In this document: one piece after another, positions 11,368 to 22,398 of the stretch | Layout of the letters: every line of letters begins with the position of its first letter | How positions within the stretch are numbered: position 1 is the stretch's first letter | Source of the DNA: Octopus bimaculoides | Lineage: Eukaryota | NCBI RefSeq assembly: GCF_001194135.2 | Contig: NC_068990.1 | Location: 9,497,057 to 9,535,319, forward strand | DNA: 38,263 nt | Direction of reading: 5' to 3' | Notes under the pieces: model-generated | What the model was told of the DNA's origin: nothing | Seen by the model: only the letters and a program-made list of their open reading frames with translations | Databases searched by the model: none | Translations under genes and position numbers: made by a program

Positions 11368-11440
11368 CTCGGTACTTAATTTATTGATCCCTGAAGATTA
11401 AAACACGAAGTCAAGTACCATGGGATTTAAAATCAGAAAT
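11368..11440 (-). mobile_element. Degenerate SINE family C fragment
   Basis: GGTACTTAATTTATTGATCCCTGAAGATT...GGGATTTAAAATCAGAA is the reverse of the family C core. Confidence 0.45.
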
Positions 11441-11687
11441 AAAAGGATATAAAAGGATATAAACTGCAAGTATTTGCCGCACTGTTAACCCTTCGTCTCT
11501 TTTTACGCAATAATATATTAACTATTAAATGGGTGTCATTAACTCGTAACCCTGGTGATTAATTAGCAATTGTGGATGATTAGACAAAGAAATCAAAGAA
11601 CAATGAGATATGACAGCAAATTTCAACAAATATTTCAAACTTATTATGTACAGGTATGTTTGCAATTTAACGTTTTGCCATTTTCCA

Positions 11688-11775
11688 CTCTCTCGCTCTC
11701 TCTCTCTCTTCTCTCTCTCGCTCTCTCTCTTCTCTCTCTCACTCTCTCTCTCTCTCCACCTTTCCATCTACCTAC

Positions 11776-11817
<42 letters not shown>

Positions 11818-11852
11818 CTCTCTCTCCACCTTTCCATCTACCTACCTACCTA

Positions 11853-11907
<55 letters not shown>

Positions 11908-11930
11908 GCCTGTCTATCTATCTACTTATC
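11688..11930. repeat. Compound (CT)n/(TATC)n array with a duplicated CTCTCCACCTTTCCATCTACCTACC unit at a 70-bp period
   Basis: The unit occurs at about 11751 and about 11821. Confidence 0.9.
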
Positions 11931-12164
11931 CACTAATACATCATTCTGTCAGTCTGTCCATTTCTCATTCTAACTGTTTCCATTTCTTTCGCTCTCATTT
12001 CTTTATTTTACCAATCTCTAATTCAACCATTCCATACGTAAATTTGTAATTTTAACGTAAAATTGAAACGAAACTGAAATAAATAAAGAAAATATAGCCA
12101 CAACTATTACCGCTGTATTTTCACTATAAACATTTTCGAATGGAATGATAGTGATGGGGTGGGC

Positions 12165-12330
12165 CTGTTCTGTGGTTGTTCAACCTGCGAGAAACAAAAG
12201 CCAAATATCTCTCAAATGAGACCGTACCATCTTTTGAGACTACATTAGATAATGTAATACTGGACACACTGTCTAAAAATTGAGATTGTCGCGGTTGAAG
12301 CACGGTTGAAACACTTTTGATTGTAGTTCA
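12165..12330 (+). mobile_element. Degenerate interspersed repeat (family E, SINE-like)
   Basis: CAACCTGCGAGAAACAAAAGCCAAATATCTCTC...CATTAGATAATGTA recognised as an octopus repeat. A related reverse fragment lies at about 33105-33135. Confidence 0.4.
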
Positions 12331-13239
12331 GCTAAATATAGTTTAAAGCCGGAGTAAAGAACAAGCGTTCATGAGAACAATAGCAGGGGCAGTAACAGCA
12401 GCTGCAGCAACAGCATCAGAAACAGTAGCAACTCAAACAGCAGGGGCAGCAACAAAACAGCGATAACGACGACGATATCGTTAGAACCAATAACAACAAC
12501 GATTACAACAACGGTGAGGATATCGTCGAATCGGAAACCAATGAGAGGCAACCAGCCATCGAGACTAATCAAAACGGGACGCTCATGGCTTGACCTCCTT
12601 TGAACGTAGGCCAGCTCAGTCACTAGGGTGACAATAAGAGCGCAACAACAAAGGAACATTCTGAAAGAAAAAAAAATGACACAAACAAATACAATAGATT
12701 TTACCCGCAGATAGTATAAACGATATTTTCCCATTTGCAAGCATTCAAAAATAGAAATAGGAAATTGATGCAGCGCTAATGTAATAACATTATCAACCAC
12801 ATATACTTAACGTATATATTTTGTGTGCTTTATACGTTTTGTGTATTTGCCGTTGGGCTGCGATATGACGTGGTGGAGAAAAACTCTCTCAAAGTGCCAG
12901 GTGTTTCAAGTACGTGATGCTGATAAGCAACATAAATGGCGAAACATCGATGTCTATCCCTCCTGAATGAGATCTGGAGTTCACTGACTTGCCTGTCTTT
13001 GACTTTCAGGTGTTTTAACACCTTGCACTTTGGGAGAGTAGTCTCCACCAAGACAAATCGCAAATGCATTAAGTATATACGTTGAGTATGTGTGGTCGAT
13101 AATATTTAAAATTAGACTGTTTCCTATTATCTAATATTCGATACTATTGAAAAACAGGAGCCAACAGTGTAGTTTCCGTGTGGTCTCTGGACTTCCTAGA
13201 AAAAGTAACCAGATTTTATTCGGATTTTTACACAATAGG

Positions 13240-13613
13240 GGCGCAGGAGTGGCTGTGTGGTAAGCATATGCGCAGGAATGGCTGTGTGGTAAGTAGCTTG
13301 CTTACCAACCACATAGTCCCGGGTTCAGTCCCACTGCGTGGCACCTTGGGCAGGTGTCTCCTACTATAGCCTCGGGCCGACCAAAGCCTTGTGAGTGCAT
13401 TTGGTAGACAGAAACTGAAAGAAGGCCATCGTATATATGTATATGTGTGTGTGTGTGTGTGTTTGTGTGTGTGTGTTTGTCGCCCCAACATCGTTGGACA
13501 GCTGATGCTGGTGTGTTTACGTCCCCGTAACTTAGCGGTTCGGCAAAAGAAACCGATAGAATAAGTCGGTGCTCCAGCATGGCCGCAGTCAAATGACTGA
13601 AACAAGTGAAAGA
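13240..13613 (+). mobile_element. SINE family A with 29-bp tandem duplication of the head and about 48-bp internal deletion
   Basis: GCGCAGGAGTGGCTGTGTGGTAAG at 13241 and again at 13270; tRNA-like head (GGTTCAGTCCC B-box-like); ACCTTGGGCAGGT CORE-like motif; internal (GT)n. AATAAGT is joined directly to CGGTGCTCC relative to the 20033 copy. Confidence 0.9.
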
Positions 13614-13634
13614 GTATTAGGATTTATCATATAT

Positions 13635-13695
13635 AAATGAGACAGTATAGTCAGAGATGAGATATCTTTAATCATAGGTCTGCTCGATGAAGACT
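13635..13695 (+). mobile_element. Family E repeat fragment
   Basis: TTTAATCATAGGTCTGCTCGAT matches the reverse complement of 30318-30345. Confidence 0.5.
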
Positions 13696-14369
13696 GGTTA
13701 ATAAGAGGCCGAATCGTAAGGATATAGCAACAGAAACAACAACTTCGCAACCATAGTAACATCACCAGAAGAAAACGTTTCAAAATAGCCGCCGAGAAGT
13801 GAAAAAAAAAAGAGAAACGACTAACCTACCACCGACATATCAGTAAAATAGTTCCTCACACCAGCAGACAAACAAACGGAATGCAAGGTAGCCAAACAAG
13901 CCATAGTTACAATCCAACAGCAACTCAGTAACTGTTGAGAATAGAAAATGAAGAGCGAGACGAGACAAAAATATTTGAGAAGGATCTTCCCCTTTTCCTC
14001 CATCACCTCGTTTGCAAAAATATAAAACGCAAACAAACCAATCACATGCCATACAACAGTTTACGAAGCCAACAAACTGATGAAGCAAAACCAGAGCAGA
14101 GCAAAAAATAAAAAGGGTAGAAGTAGAGAAGGAGAAAAAAGAAATATAATGAAACAGAAACCAGTAAACTACAAAACCTACAAAGACACAACAATAGAAA
14201 CAATAACGTGAGTTCGTGTTCGTTTTGATGTTTGTCGATAGGAAATTATTACCGAAGCATAGAAATCATTAAAATATCACATAATAAATACGTACGTGTG
14301 TAGGTGTGGAGGAGTATACGTGGATTTGTGTACGCATTCGTAATTCTCTCACTGTATCTATTTGTTTCT

Positions 14370-14545
14370 CCCCCCCCCCCACTCNNNNNNNNNNACTCGC
14401 TCTCTCTCTCAATCTCTCTCTCTCTCAATCTCTCTCTCTCTCAATCTCTCACTCATACACACGAAGATAGATATACAAAGAAAGTAATGAAAAGATCGTT
14501 TAATAGACACAAACACGCACACACATACATGTATGTCTATGTGTG

Positions 14546-14597
<52 letters not shown>

Positions 14598-14600
14598 TAG

Positions 14601-14635
<35 letters not shown>

Positions 14636-15130
14636 TATATGTGCGTGTGTGCGTGTGTGTATTTATAGTCATGTGTGAGTGTACGCATATGTACATCTAT
14701 ATGCACTGAGGCATGTATATATGCTTATGTATGTCTTATACACATACAGGCATACAGACACGCAAGCATACACATATACATCAACATAAAGGTATAAAAA
14801 GAAAGATATAAAAAGAAAAGCAAGAGAAAGAACGCTTAATGGACACAAACATACGTACACACATCAATATAGGTATACATACATTTGTGTTTATCTATAT
14901 GTGCGTGGCGTGAGTACGTGTGTGTATATATACGTGTATGTATATGTTTATATACATGCATACATATTTATGTACATATGTTAAGATATGTGTTACACAG
15001 AGGTTCAGAAGCACGCGCACACGCATATATATATCATGAAAAGAGAAAGAGACAGAGAGAGAAAGAGAGAGATAATAAGAGAGGAGAGAGAGAGTATACA
15101 AGAGAGAAGGAGAGAGATTATGACTTAGAC
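14370..15130. repeat. Low-complexity block: C11, (CT)n, (TA)n, (CA/GT)n, (GA)n
   Basis: Direct reading; includes a 10-N gap at 14385-14394. Confidence 0.85.
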
Positions 15131-15316
15131 ATGCGCATGAGTACATTTCGGAATAGGATAGCTAGGGAAAATATGGAACTTTGAATATGAAAATCAGCGA
15201 TGCTCTACATTCTGAAGAAGGCAGCCAAATAGAAATAACTTGCAGCTAAGTTTTCACACTTTGTTGAGCTTTTCATGGTGTCCGTGATAGAAGAGCCGGA
15301 GGTGGAGCGTGGAAGA

Positions 15317-15354
15317 AAGAGAGAGAGAGAGAGAACGATGAAGTAGGAAAAAGA

Positions 15355-15427
<73 letters not shown>

Positions 15428-15686
15428 NNNNNNNNNNNNNNNNNNNNNNNNNNNNNNNNNNNNNNNNNNNNNNNNNNNNNNNNNNNNNNNNNNNNNNNNN
15501 NNNNNNNNNNNNNNNNNNNNNNNNNNNNNNNNNNNNNNNNNNNNNNNNNNNNNNNNNNNNNNNNNNNNNNNNNNNNNNNNNNNNNNNNTATATATATATA
15601 TATACACATATACATATGCACACATACATATATATATGCATAGTGTATATAATATAAGAAGAAATCATATGCGCTCACACGCACGC

Positions 15687-15717
<31 letters not shown>

Positions 15718-15819
15718 AATGTATTTACATGTGATGAATATTGGTGCATATATGTATACATATATACATATCTACGTATGTGCATATTGATATACTCATG
15801 TACACGTTCGTATATCGCC

Positions 15820-15873
<54 letters not shown>

Positions 15874-16025
15874 CTATGGATATATATAAAAATATGCATC
15901 TATATCTATCAATCAATCTATCTATTTAGACATGTGTGTCTATATATATATGTATCTGTATGTATGTGTGTGTGCGTGTGTATGTGTGTATATATATATA
16001 TTTTTACACGCACACACACACACAC
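15317..16025. repeat. (GA)n, gap, then (TA)n/(CA)n/(GT)n block
   Basis: (GA)n at about 15358-15427 abuts the N gap 15428-15588. Confidence 0.85.
15428..15588. other. Assembly gap
   Basis: N run. Confidence 0.99.
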
Positions 16026-16362
16026 TTTTGAAAACTGAATTTGGCGTGACTGTGGAACCGTGTAGCAGTTTCATCTTACCATAAGTAATTATATATGTGC
16101 TTATATATGTATTTATATATATGTGTATATATATATGTTGTTGTACTTGGGGATGGTCATATTGCCAGTTTAGCCAATAAAAACACACGCACTGTATATT
16201 TGGTGTTAATTTTTTTTTTTTTTTCAGCTTTATATTACATTAATCTTAATCTTAATCTTATTTCGGCCAGAGTTCTTTCGTCACACTTCTGTGACCTCAT
16301 CAGTGGTCCTTTGTTCCCTTCTTTCTTATGTGTACCTCACCTTGCTAACTATCAGCCATTTT

Positions 16363-16372
16363 GTATATATAT

Positions 16373-16433
<61 letters not shown>

Positions 16434-16565
16434 GATATGTATATATGCATAGTATATATGTATGTATATATATGCATAGTATACATAAGCAAAATTATAT
16501 GCGCTCATGCGTATGCATACATACATACGCACGCACACACACAGGCGCAATCACACACACGCGCG
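16363..16565. repeat. (TA)n-rich microsatellite block
   Basis: Direct reading. Confidence 0.9.
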
Positions 16566-18812
16566 CTTTTTGACTTCAATTATTGAGATGATTATGTGCG
16601 ACTAACTGTCTAGCTTAATTTGTTTTTGTATACAAATTATGTATGTCTCTAAAGCTCTCTTTCTCTCTTTATATATATACATATATATGCATACATATAT
16701 ACAAATACACATATATATATTCATATCCATGTGTGTGTCTGTGTATGCATGTCCCTGTTTGAATACAGGTGTAAAACAAGATTGAGAAAACAATACTCAA
16801 ATACTGAAAGTGGTGTATCAGACATTTTGTTAAAGGTGATAATTTTCACCAAGTCTTACTGAGCGTTTCACATAAACCGTCATCAAACTTAAGCGAACTT
16901 TTGGCCAGAGGCAATGGTTTATAAATGTTTATAAATCGTGCAGTGATTCTTATTCCGTAAAATATCGTGTAAACATTTAAAGCTGATTAGATATCAGTTT
17001 ATGACATTTCATAATGAATCTAATCTATTTAGTAATACAATGAACAACGTACAATGTACAACAATGTACAACATTGTACTAAACGATGCAAAAATAATGT
17101 TGAATTAAAAAAGAACATAACAATATAGCATTAGTATTGGGTACTCATTTAACATTTGCAGGATAGGAAGTACCTAATACAACATTCTTGTTAGAAAATT
17201 AATATTTAGGAAATATAAATGGAGCATATAAATTCTTTCAAATAAAAGGATTAGAGAAATGCAAAGAAATAGTAAGCGTTTATAGACGCTACATTGAAAC
17301 ATCATCTATATCTATATATATATATAATTTTAAAATGTGATGATAAAAAAATGTGTGTATTTCTTCTTTCATATCCAATGAATATATAAACAAATCGCTC
17401 AGACGCACAAAGGTGTGATTTCAAATGCATGAAAAATATGAAAAATATTAAAAAATAACATTAGAGGAAATACGTTAAAATATAAAATAAAGCCGAAAAT
17501 TTCAAACAGTCTAAAGTAGGAGCGACAATTTAAAATGGGAGTAATAATATAAAAGTTTTAGTCTTTAACAAAAATATATGAATTTCGATCGATATATAAA
17601 GATTGTATAAGGATCAAATGCGACTGTTAAAGCGATCAGTAGATCAAAGAACATGAAGGTGTCCAACGTCTCCGTAACTCAAAAATAATGTTGATAACAG
17701 CACTAACAATTTTCAATAAAGAGAAGTGTACTTTTTTTATATTATCCATTTAATGGAAAAATTCTCGAAATCCAAAATTTTGACGAACGTCTGCCACAGT
17801 TCAGTAGTTCGGATTTTCCTTCAGAAGCTGATTTGAACCACAAGTATCGTTTAATTAACAACCCTTATAGTTGACATTTCTAAAAATGTGATACGTATAT
17901 AGGTATATGTATAGCAAATACCCCATCCTACAAAACAACATCTTTGTTGCTTGCTATCAAATTCCGTCCTTATGTAATGAAGGAATTGTGGTGTAATGTA
18001 ATCAATTCTAATATTTTACTTATAAGGAAAAACTTTTATTAATTGGGATAAAAATGAAGTAATTACGATGGCAGACGTTATCTATCAACATGGTTAAAAC
18101 AAAATGAACGAAACAGCACACTAATATGATTTCTGTAGCTGATGACCATCTGCGAGTTATGTGATATCTCATTCCAAATTTCATAAAAGTAGTCGTAAAT
18201 TCCCATGCTGTACTACTTCAGCTTCTATACTTGTTCAAAATTGGATTTACTAAGCTAAAACATATATTCACTAGATATGAGAATGGAAAAGCAATAAAAA
18301 TGTTGGAAACTTCAGACAACGTTGCACCACATTTCACATAAGCTTTGACTTTAAAAAGGAAATCATCTTTATTAGTTCCTTTTTTTTTTTGGCAAATTAT
18401 TGATGGACTCCTGTATATCAATTTTTCATTCTATTTTGTACATAAATGATTTTGTTTTTCTTTATACTCAGTGAGGAACCCTCGGTTTAATCAAATCATT
18501 ATATCTTGTTTGGTTATCTTCTTTTAATTGTTCTGATATCCACAGTATATCCTCAAATAACAGACAGTAAATAACTGAGAAGACAGAAACTGACAGAAAC
18601 TGACAGAAATAAAATCTACCGAGGTTTTGCCTGTACAATTCAATTTTGCATGTAAAATTGTCGACTGTATTCCTTGCGTGTATTCAATAAAAAAATGTTT
18701 CCACGCATCTGCAAATTCAAACTGATCATTTCGTTATAAATATCAACTAAAACGACATCATCATGAATAAAGTTACTGTATTTTGCTAGTAGATCATCAT
18801 GATTTTAAAAGT

Positions 18813-18824
18813 AAAATGGCGGCG
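18813..18824 (+). promoter_or_regulatory. YY1-consensus motif AAAATGGCGGCG
   Basis: Exact match to the AAnATGGCGGC consensus in CpG-poor context. No other promoter evidence. Confidence 0.2.
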
Positions 18825-19342
18825 TCAAGTTCAAAGAAAAGTTTCAGACAATATCTTTCTGACAAACTTTAGCATGGCAGTATGTTTGTGGCTTCGTATA
18901 GACTGATTTTTCTAATTTCCTACACTGATGTGGTTTTACATGCTAATTATGACAACCATACTTTTTATTTTCTTTTTCTTTTTGAAAAGAAGACAGTATT
19001 ATTCAGCAAAACTAATTTTTGAAGCCGAAAATGCAAAGTCTACGCCCGGCTTTTACATGTGTCTGTGTTAGTGTGTGTGTGTGTGTATGTGTGTGCGTGC
19101 ATGCGTGTGTGCGTGTGTGCGCTTGTACGCGAGCGTGTCTGTGTGCGTGTGTGTGTATCTGGCACAAGGAGAGAGAAGTACTATTAGATATTTCACTCGA
19201 AAGTCTAACTGTTTCACAGTTGGTTGGAGTCGTTTCAAATCAAATTCGTGTTTGGGAAGCCTCCACACCCAAACACGTCCACTGTCTGAAAATAATGCAA
19301 ATCTGGATTCATCTCAGAAAATCAATGTATCCTAAAATGAAA

Positions 19343-19517
19343 CTATAGTAGAAGACACTTGCCCAACGTGCCACGAGTTGCATTGAACTCGGAACCATGT
19401 GGTTGTGAAGCGAACTTCTTATTTCGGAACCATGCATGCGTTTACACATCTACGCCTGCTTCTGCACAATCACACCTGCGTCTTCACAGCCACTGTCTAC
19501 ACTGCCACTCTTGCGCC
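19343..19517 (-). mobile_element. SINE family A 5' part with about 4 degenerate 20-bp tandem head units
   Basis: CTATAGTAGAAGACACTTGCCCAA...GGAACCATGTGGTT matches 20324-20390. Units at 19441, 19461, 19481 and about 19499 resemble CACAGCCACTCCTGCG. Confidence 0.7.
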
Positions 19518-20032
19518 TACAGAGTCGCGTCTGCGCCAAAACACATGTACGTGTATATATTTACATCTTCATGTATATAAATGTACATATTATATATACT
19601 CTATGCGCATATGTGCATTTACATATATCGTTATCATCATTAGATTAGAATAAACAGGCATTTCAAATTTTCGGCTTGCTTTGGATCCCAATGAAGGTTT
19701 AACAGGTCGAAACATTGCAGTCACTCTGAACACTATGTTTCTCAAGGAATGATAGATGGTGTTCTCTTCAAAACGTATTTAGTATTCCTCCCGTTTAATA
19801 TAAAAATACGTTTATTATAACTCGACATAAAGACAGCCTTAACTAAACGAGGCTGTGTTGTCCAAAATGGAGGCGAACTCCTTTCTCCATGCGATCGGCT
19901 TTAAATTTTCAAGACAGTCGGATAATTTCCTACTTTTCTTAACATGAACTCAATGGTAGCCTTAATTCACAAATAAAGAAATCATATCTACCTATGCGGT
20001 GTTGAACACTCATCTTCATCGTTCACCATTAC

Positions 20033-20416
20033 TCTTTTACTTGTTTTAGTCATTTGACTGTGGCCATGCTGGAGCACCGCCTTTGGTCGAGCAAATCGAT
20101 CCGAGGACTATTCTTTGGATGCCTAGTACTTATTCTATCGGTCTCTTTTGCCGAACTGCTAAGTTACGGGGACATAAACACACCAGCATCTGTTGTCAAG
20201 CGATGTTGGGGGGACAAACACAGACACACAAACATATACACACACATACATATACATATATATGACGGGCTTCTTTCAGTTTCCATCTACCAAATCCACT
20301 CACAAGGCTTTGGCCGGCCCGAGGCTATAGTAGAAGACACTTGCCCAATGTGCCACGCAGTGGGAATGAACCCGGAACCATGTGGTTGCTAAGCAGGCTA
20401 CTTACCACACAGCCAC
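20033..20416 (-). mobile_element. SINE family A, near full length
   Basis: Collinear reverse complement of 13270-13613, including the segment deleted there. Lacks only the first about 9 nt of the head. Confidence 0.9.
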
Positions 20417-21157
20417 ATACAAAATCTCCTTTATTTGGGTGACATCTTTGTTCAGGAATATCAGCTGTTTACGGATTTCAATGAATATATGTGTGTGTAT
20501 GGAAAAGTCAGCAGTTTGCTGAAGAATGAAACGGAGAATAAATGATTTCTAGGATGGTCGTTTTGATGACGAGTACGTTCAGAAATAGCTTGCTGTTTAT
20601 TAATTTCAATAAATTGTTGGTTTTAATCTGCTTGACTGATTTTCGTTTGACATGTGAATGTGTTTATGGTGGGTTTTATATACATTTGTGTATGTAACTA
20701 TGTGGTGATTCTTTAAAAAAAATTTCAGTAATTTGTTTTAGCAACATAAATATCCGCTAGTGACGTTGTTTGGTTCATCTGGAAAAATCATTCTTTTATC
20801 AAATTTGCAGTGTCTATATAAATAGAGTGCTATGCGTTTAATTCTACAGGTAATTTTAATTTTTTTTTTGCTTTGATAAAATATTTTATTTTTTTTATTT
20901 TCCATTTCCTGTTGGTAGTTTTGATCGTCTCTTGAGCTTTTATAAAATAGGAAAATCTTGAATTTTCTATTTCCGCAGATTTTCTAAGATGTTCGTTCAG
21001 TGTGTATTCTGTCTACTTTATACTTTTATTAATATATAAATCTGCACACTACAGACACTGTATAGACGCACGTACACACGTACACACACGCGCGCGCATA
21101 CACAGACGCGCATACATACACACAAACATACATACATATGTAATATATCTCTTTTAA

Positions 21158-21283
21158 TCTTTTACTTGTTTCAGTCATTTGACTGCGGCCATGCGGGAGC
21201 ACCGCCTTTATAGTTGAGCAAACGAGCAAATCGACCCCAGAGCTTATTCTTCGTAAGCCTAGTACTTATTCTATCGGTCTCTT
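21158..21283 (-). mobile_element. SINE family A 3' fragment
   Basis: TCTTTTACTTGTTTCAGTCATTTGACTGCGGCCATG...CTATCGGTCTCTT, with a small GAGCAAA duplication. Confidence 0.85.
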
Positions 21284-22029
21284 ACTCAGTAACTTCTATA
21301 CTTCTTTGATTAAAGTATTTACAAATAATGTATTAATCATGTTTTAGATTTAATTCTCTAACAATCACGAAACCGACATGGCTTAATCGCTCTTCTAAGG
21401 TTAGATATTAGAGAAAGAATCCCACATGCTCATACATGGGCGCACACAGACACACAAATACATTTACTTATACAAACCCTCACATAGACACACACCCACA
21501 CACACACACACATATGTATGTGTAAGTGCGCGTCTGGTGTGCGTGTATGTCTATAATATTTACAGTGATATATGTTTAGTATTATATACATTTACGTTGG
21601 CCAACAAGGCTAGAATATATTGAATTAACAGAAAATATTTCGTTAAAGTAAAGCTATGATAGCAAGCTTAATGTCAATTCATAAATTTTAAATCAGAGAA
21701 CTTTCTTATTCTATCACAATATAATCCCTAAAAGGATACTGCAGCGAGTCGTCTTAAATAGCTATCATTTGAAACTAATTCCCTCTCTAAAGTTCATATA
21801 TTTTAATAGAAATGTAGGGATCAGTTTCATTTTAATGGCAAAAATGTAAGACTTATTGTGCAAATCTTATTGTTCTATATTTAAGAGATGAGGAATTATG
21901 TACATTATTTACATTTGACGGATATTTGGCCTCATCTTGTTTGTTGTTAACACAGAGACTTCATCAGGTATATTGGGGAAATTTCGAACCTGGGTTCTCA
22001 TTCCTAATGTATTTTTCGATGTCATTATT

Positions 22030-22097
22030 AAGGTTACTGCTTGGAATCTAACTCGGAATCTTGGGGTTAGTGGCCCGCGCTCTTAACCACTACGCCA
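22030..22097 (-). promoter_or_regulatory. tRNA-derived segment with Pol III A box and degenerate B box inside the Penelope-like 3' UTR
   Basis: TGGCGTAGTGG (22097-22087) fits TRGCNNARYGG exactly. B box is GTTAGATTC here and GTTCGATTC in the 2156 copy. A GGG-CYACTAA-CCC anticodon-arm-like segment lies between them. Confidence 0.7.
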
Positions 22098-22133
22098 TAT
22101 GCCAGTGGGCTATTATGAAGTGAATTTTAGGGC

Positions 22134-22289
22134 TTATAAATATAATATTTTCCTATCCTTCCTTAATACTGGATCCTATGTGCTATTAATATCTGCACTC
22201 GGTCTGCTTAGGAGGTTGTTCTGTCGTAGCATATGTGCGGCTTCTTTTAGTTTTCGTATTTTCCAGTAGTGTTCTCTGTTTATTATTTT
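22134..22289 (-). pseudogene. C-terminal fragment of Penelope-type GIY-YIG endonuclease
   Basis: My translation: KIINREHYWKIRKLKEAAHMLRQNNLLSRPSADINST*DPVLRKDRKILYL*. It fits the KILxxExxWxxRKxKEAxxI...N...W terminus of PLE ORFs. The internal TAG is probably a mutated TGG. Confidence 0.7.
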
Positions 22290-22290
22290 G

Positions 22291-22398
22291 TCGAAATTTC
22301 CCCAAGACACCTGATGAAGGCTGGAGGGTATATCAGCCGAAATATTGTGTTAACAACAAACAAGGTGAGGATAAATATCCGTCAACTGTAAATAATGT
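22291..22398 (+). mobile_element. Inverted partial pLTR at the 5' truncation point of the Penelope-like copy
   Basis: TCGAAATTTCCCCAAGACACCTGATGAAGG...AAATAATGT, about 90% identical to 2269-2388 by eye. Confidence 0.85.
22306..22351 (+). ncRNA. Minimal type I hammerhead ribozyme motif
   Basis: Stem I GACAC/GTGTT; CTGATGA 22311-22317; extra A; stem II GGCTGG/TCAGCC; GAAA 22339-22342; palindromic helix III ATAT; predicted cleavage after AUU at 22346. Confidence 0.7.

Larger units (their letters stand above)
21872..22289 (-). mobile_element. 5'-truncated Penelope-like element: ORF end, tRNA-like segment, short (TAA)n, disrupted hammerhead, 3' end TATAGAAC
   Basis: Collinear with 2143-2418; preceded on the element strand by GIY-YIG-like coding sequence. 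Confidence 0.8.

Noticed and set aside
14077-14083. Other CTGATGA heptamers (also about 18140 and about 33330)
   Set aside because: No stem II or GAAA follows, so these are not hammerheads.
17045-18609. Short 10-bp tandem repeats (ACAATGTACA x3 at about 17050; GACAGAAACT x3 at about 18583)
   Set aside because: Ordinary slippage duplications. No spacers, so not CRISPR-like.
20810-21000. Plus-strand donor and acceptor pair suggesting an intron of about 130 bp
   Set aside because: The flanking segments have no coherent reading frame, and T-rich DNA yields such sites easily.
22030-22104. Functional tRNA gene
   Set aside because: The acceptor and T stems do not pair properly and it is embedded in a mobile element. 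Treated as a tRNA-derived promoter segment instead.
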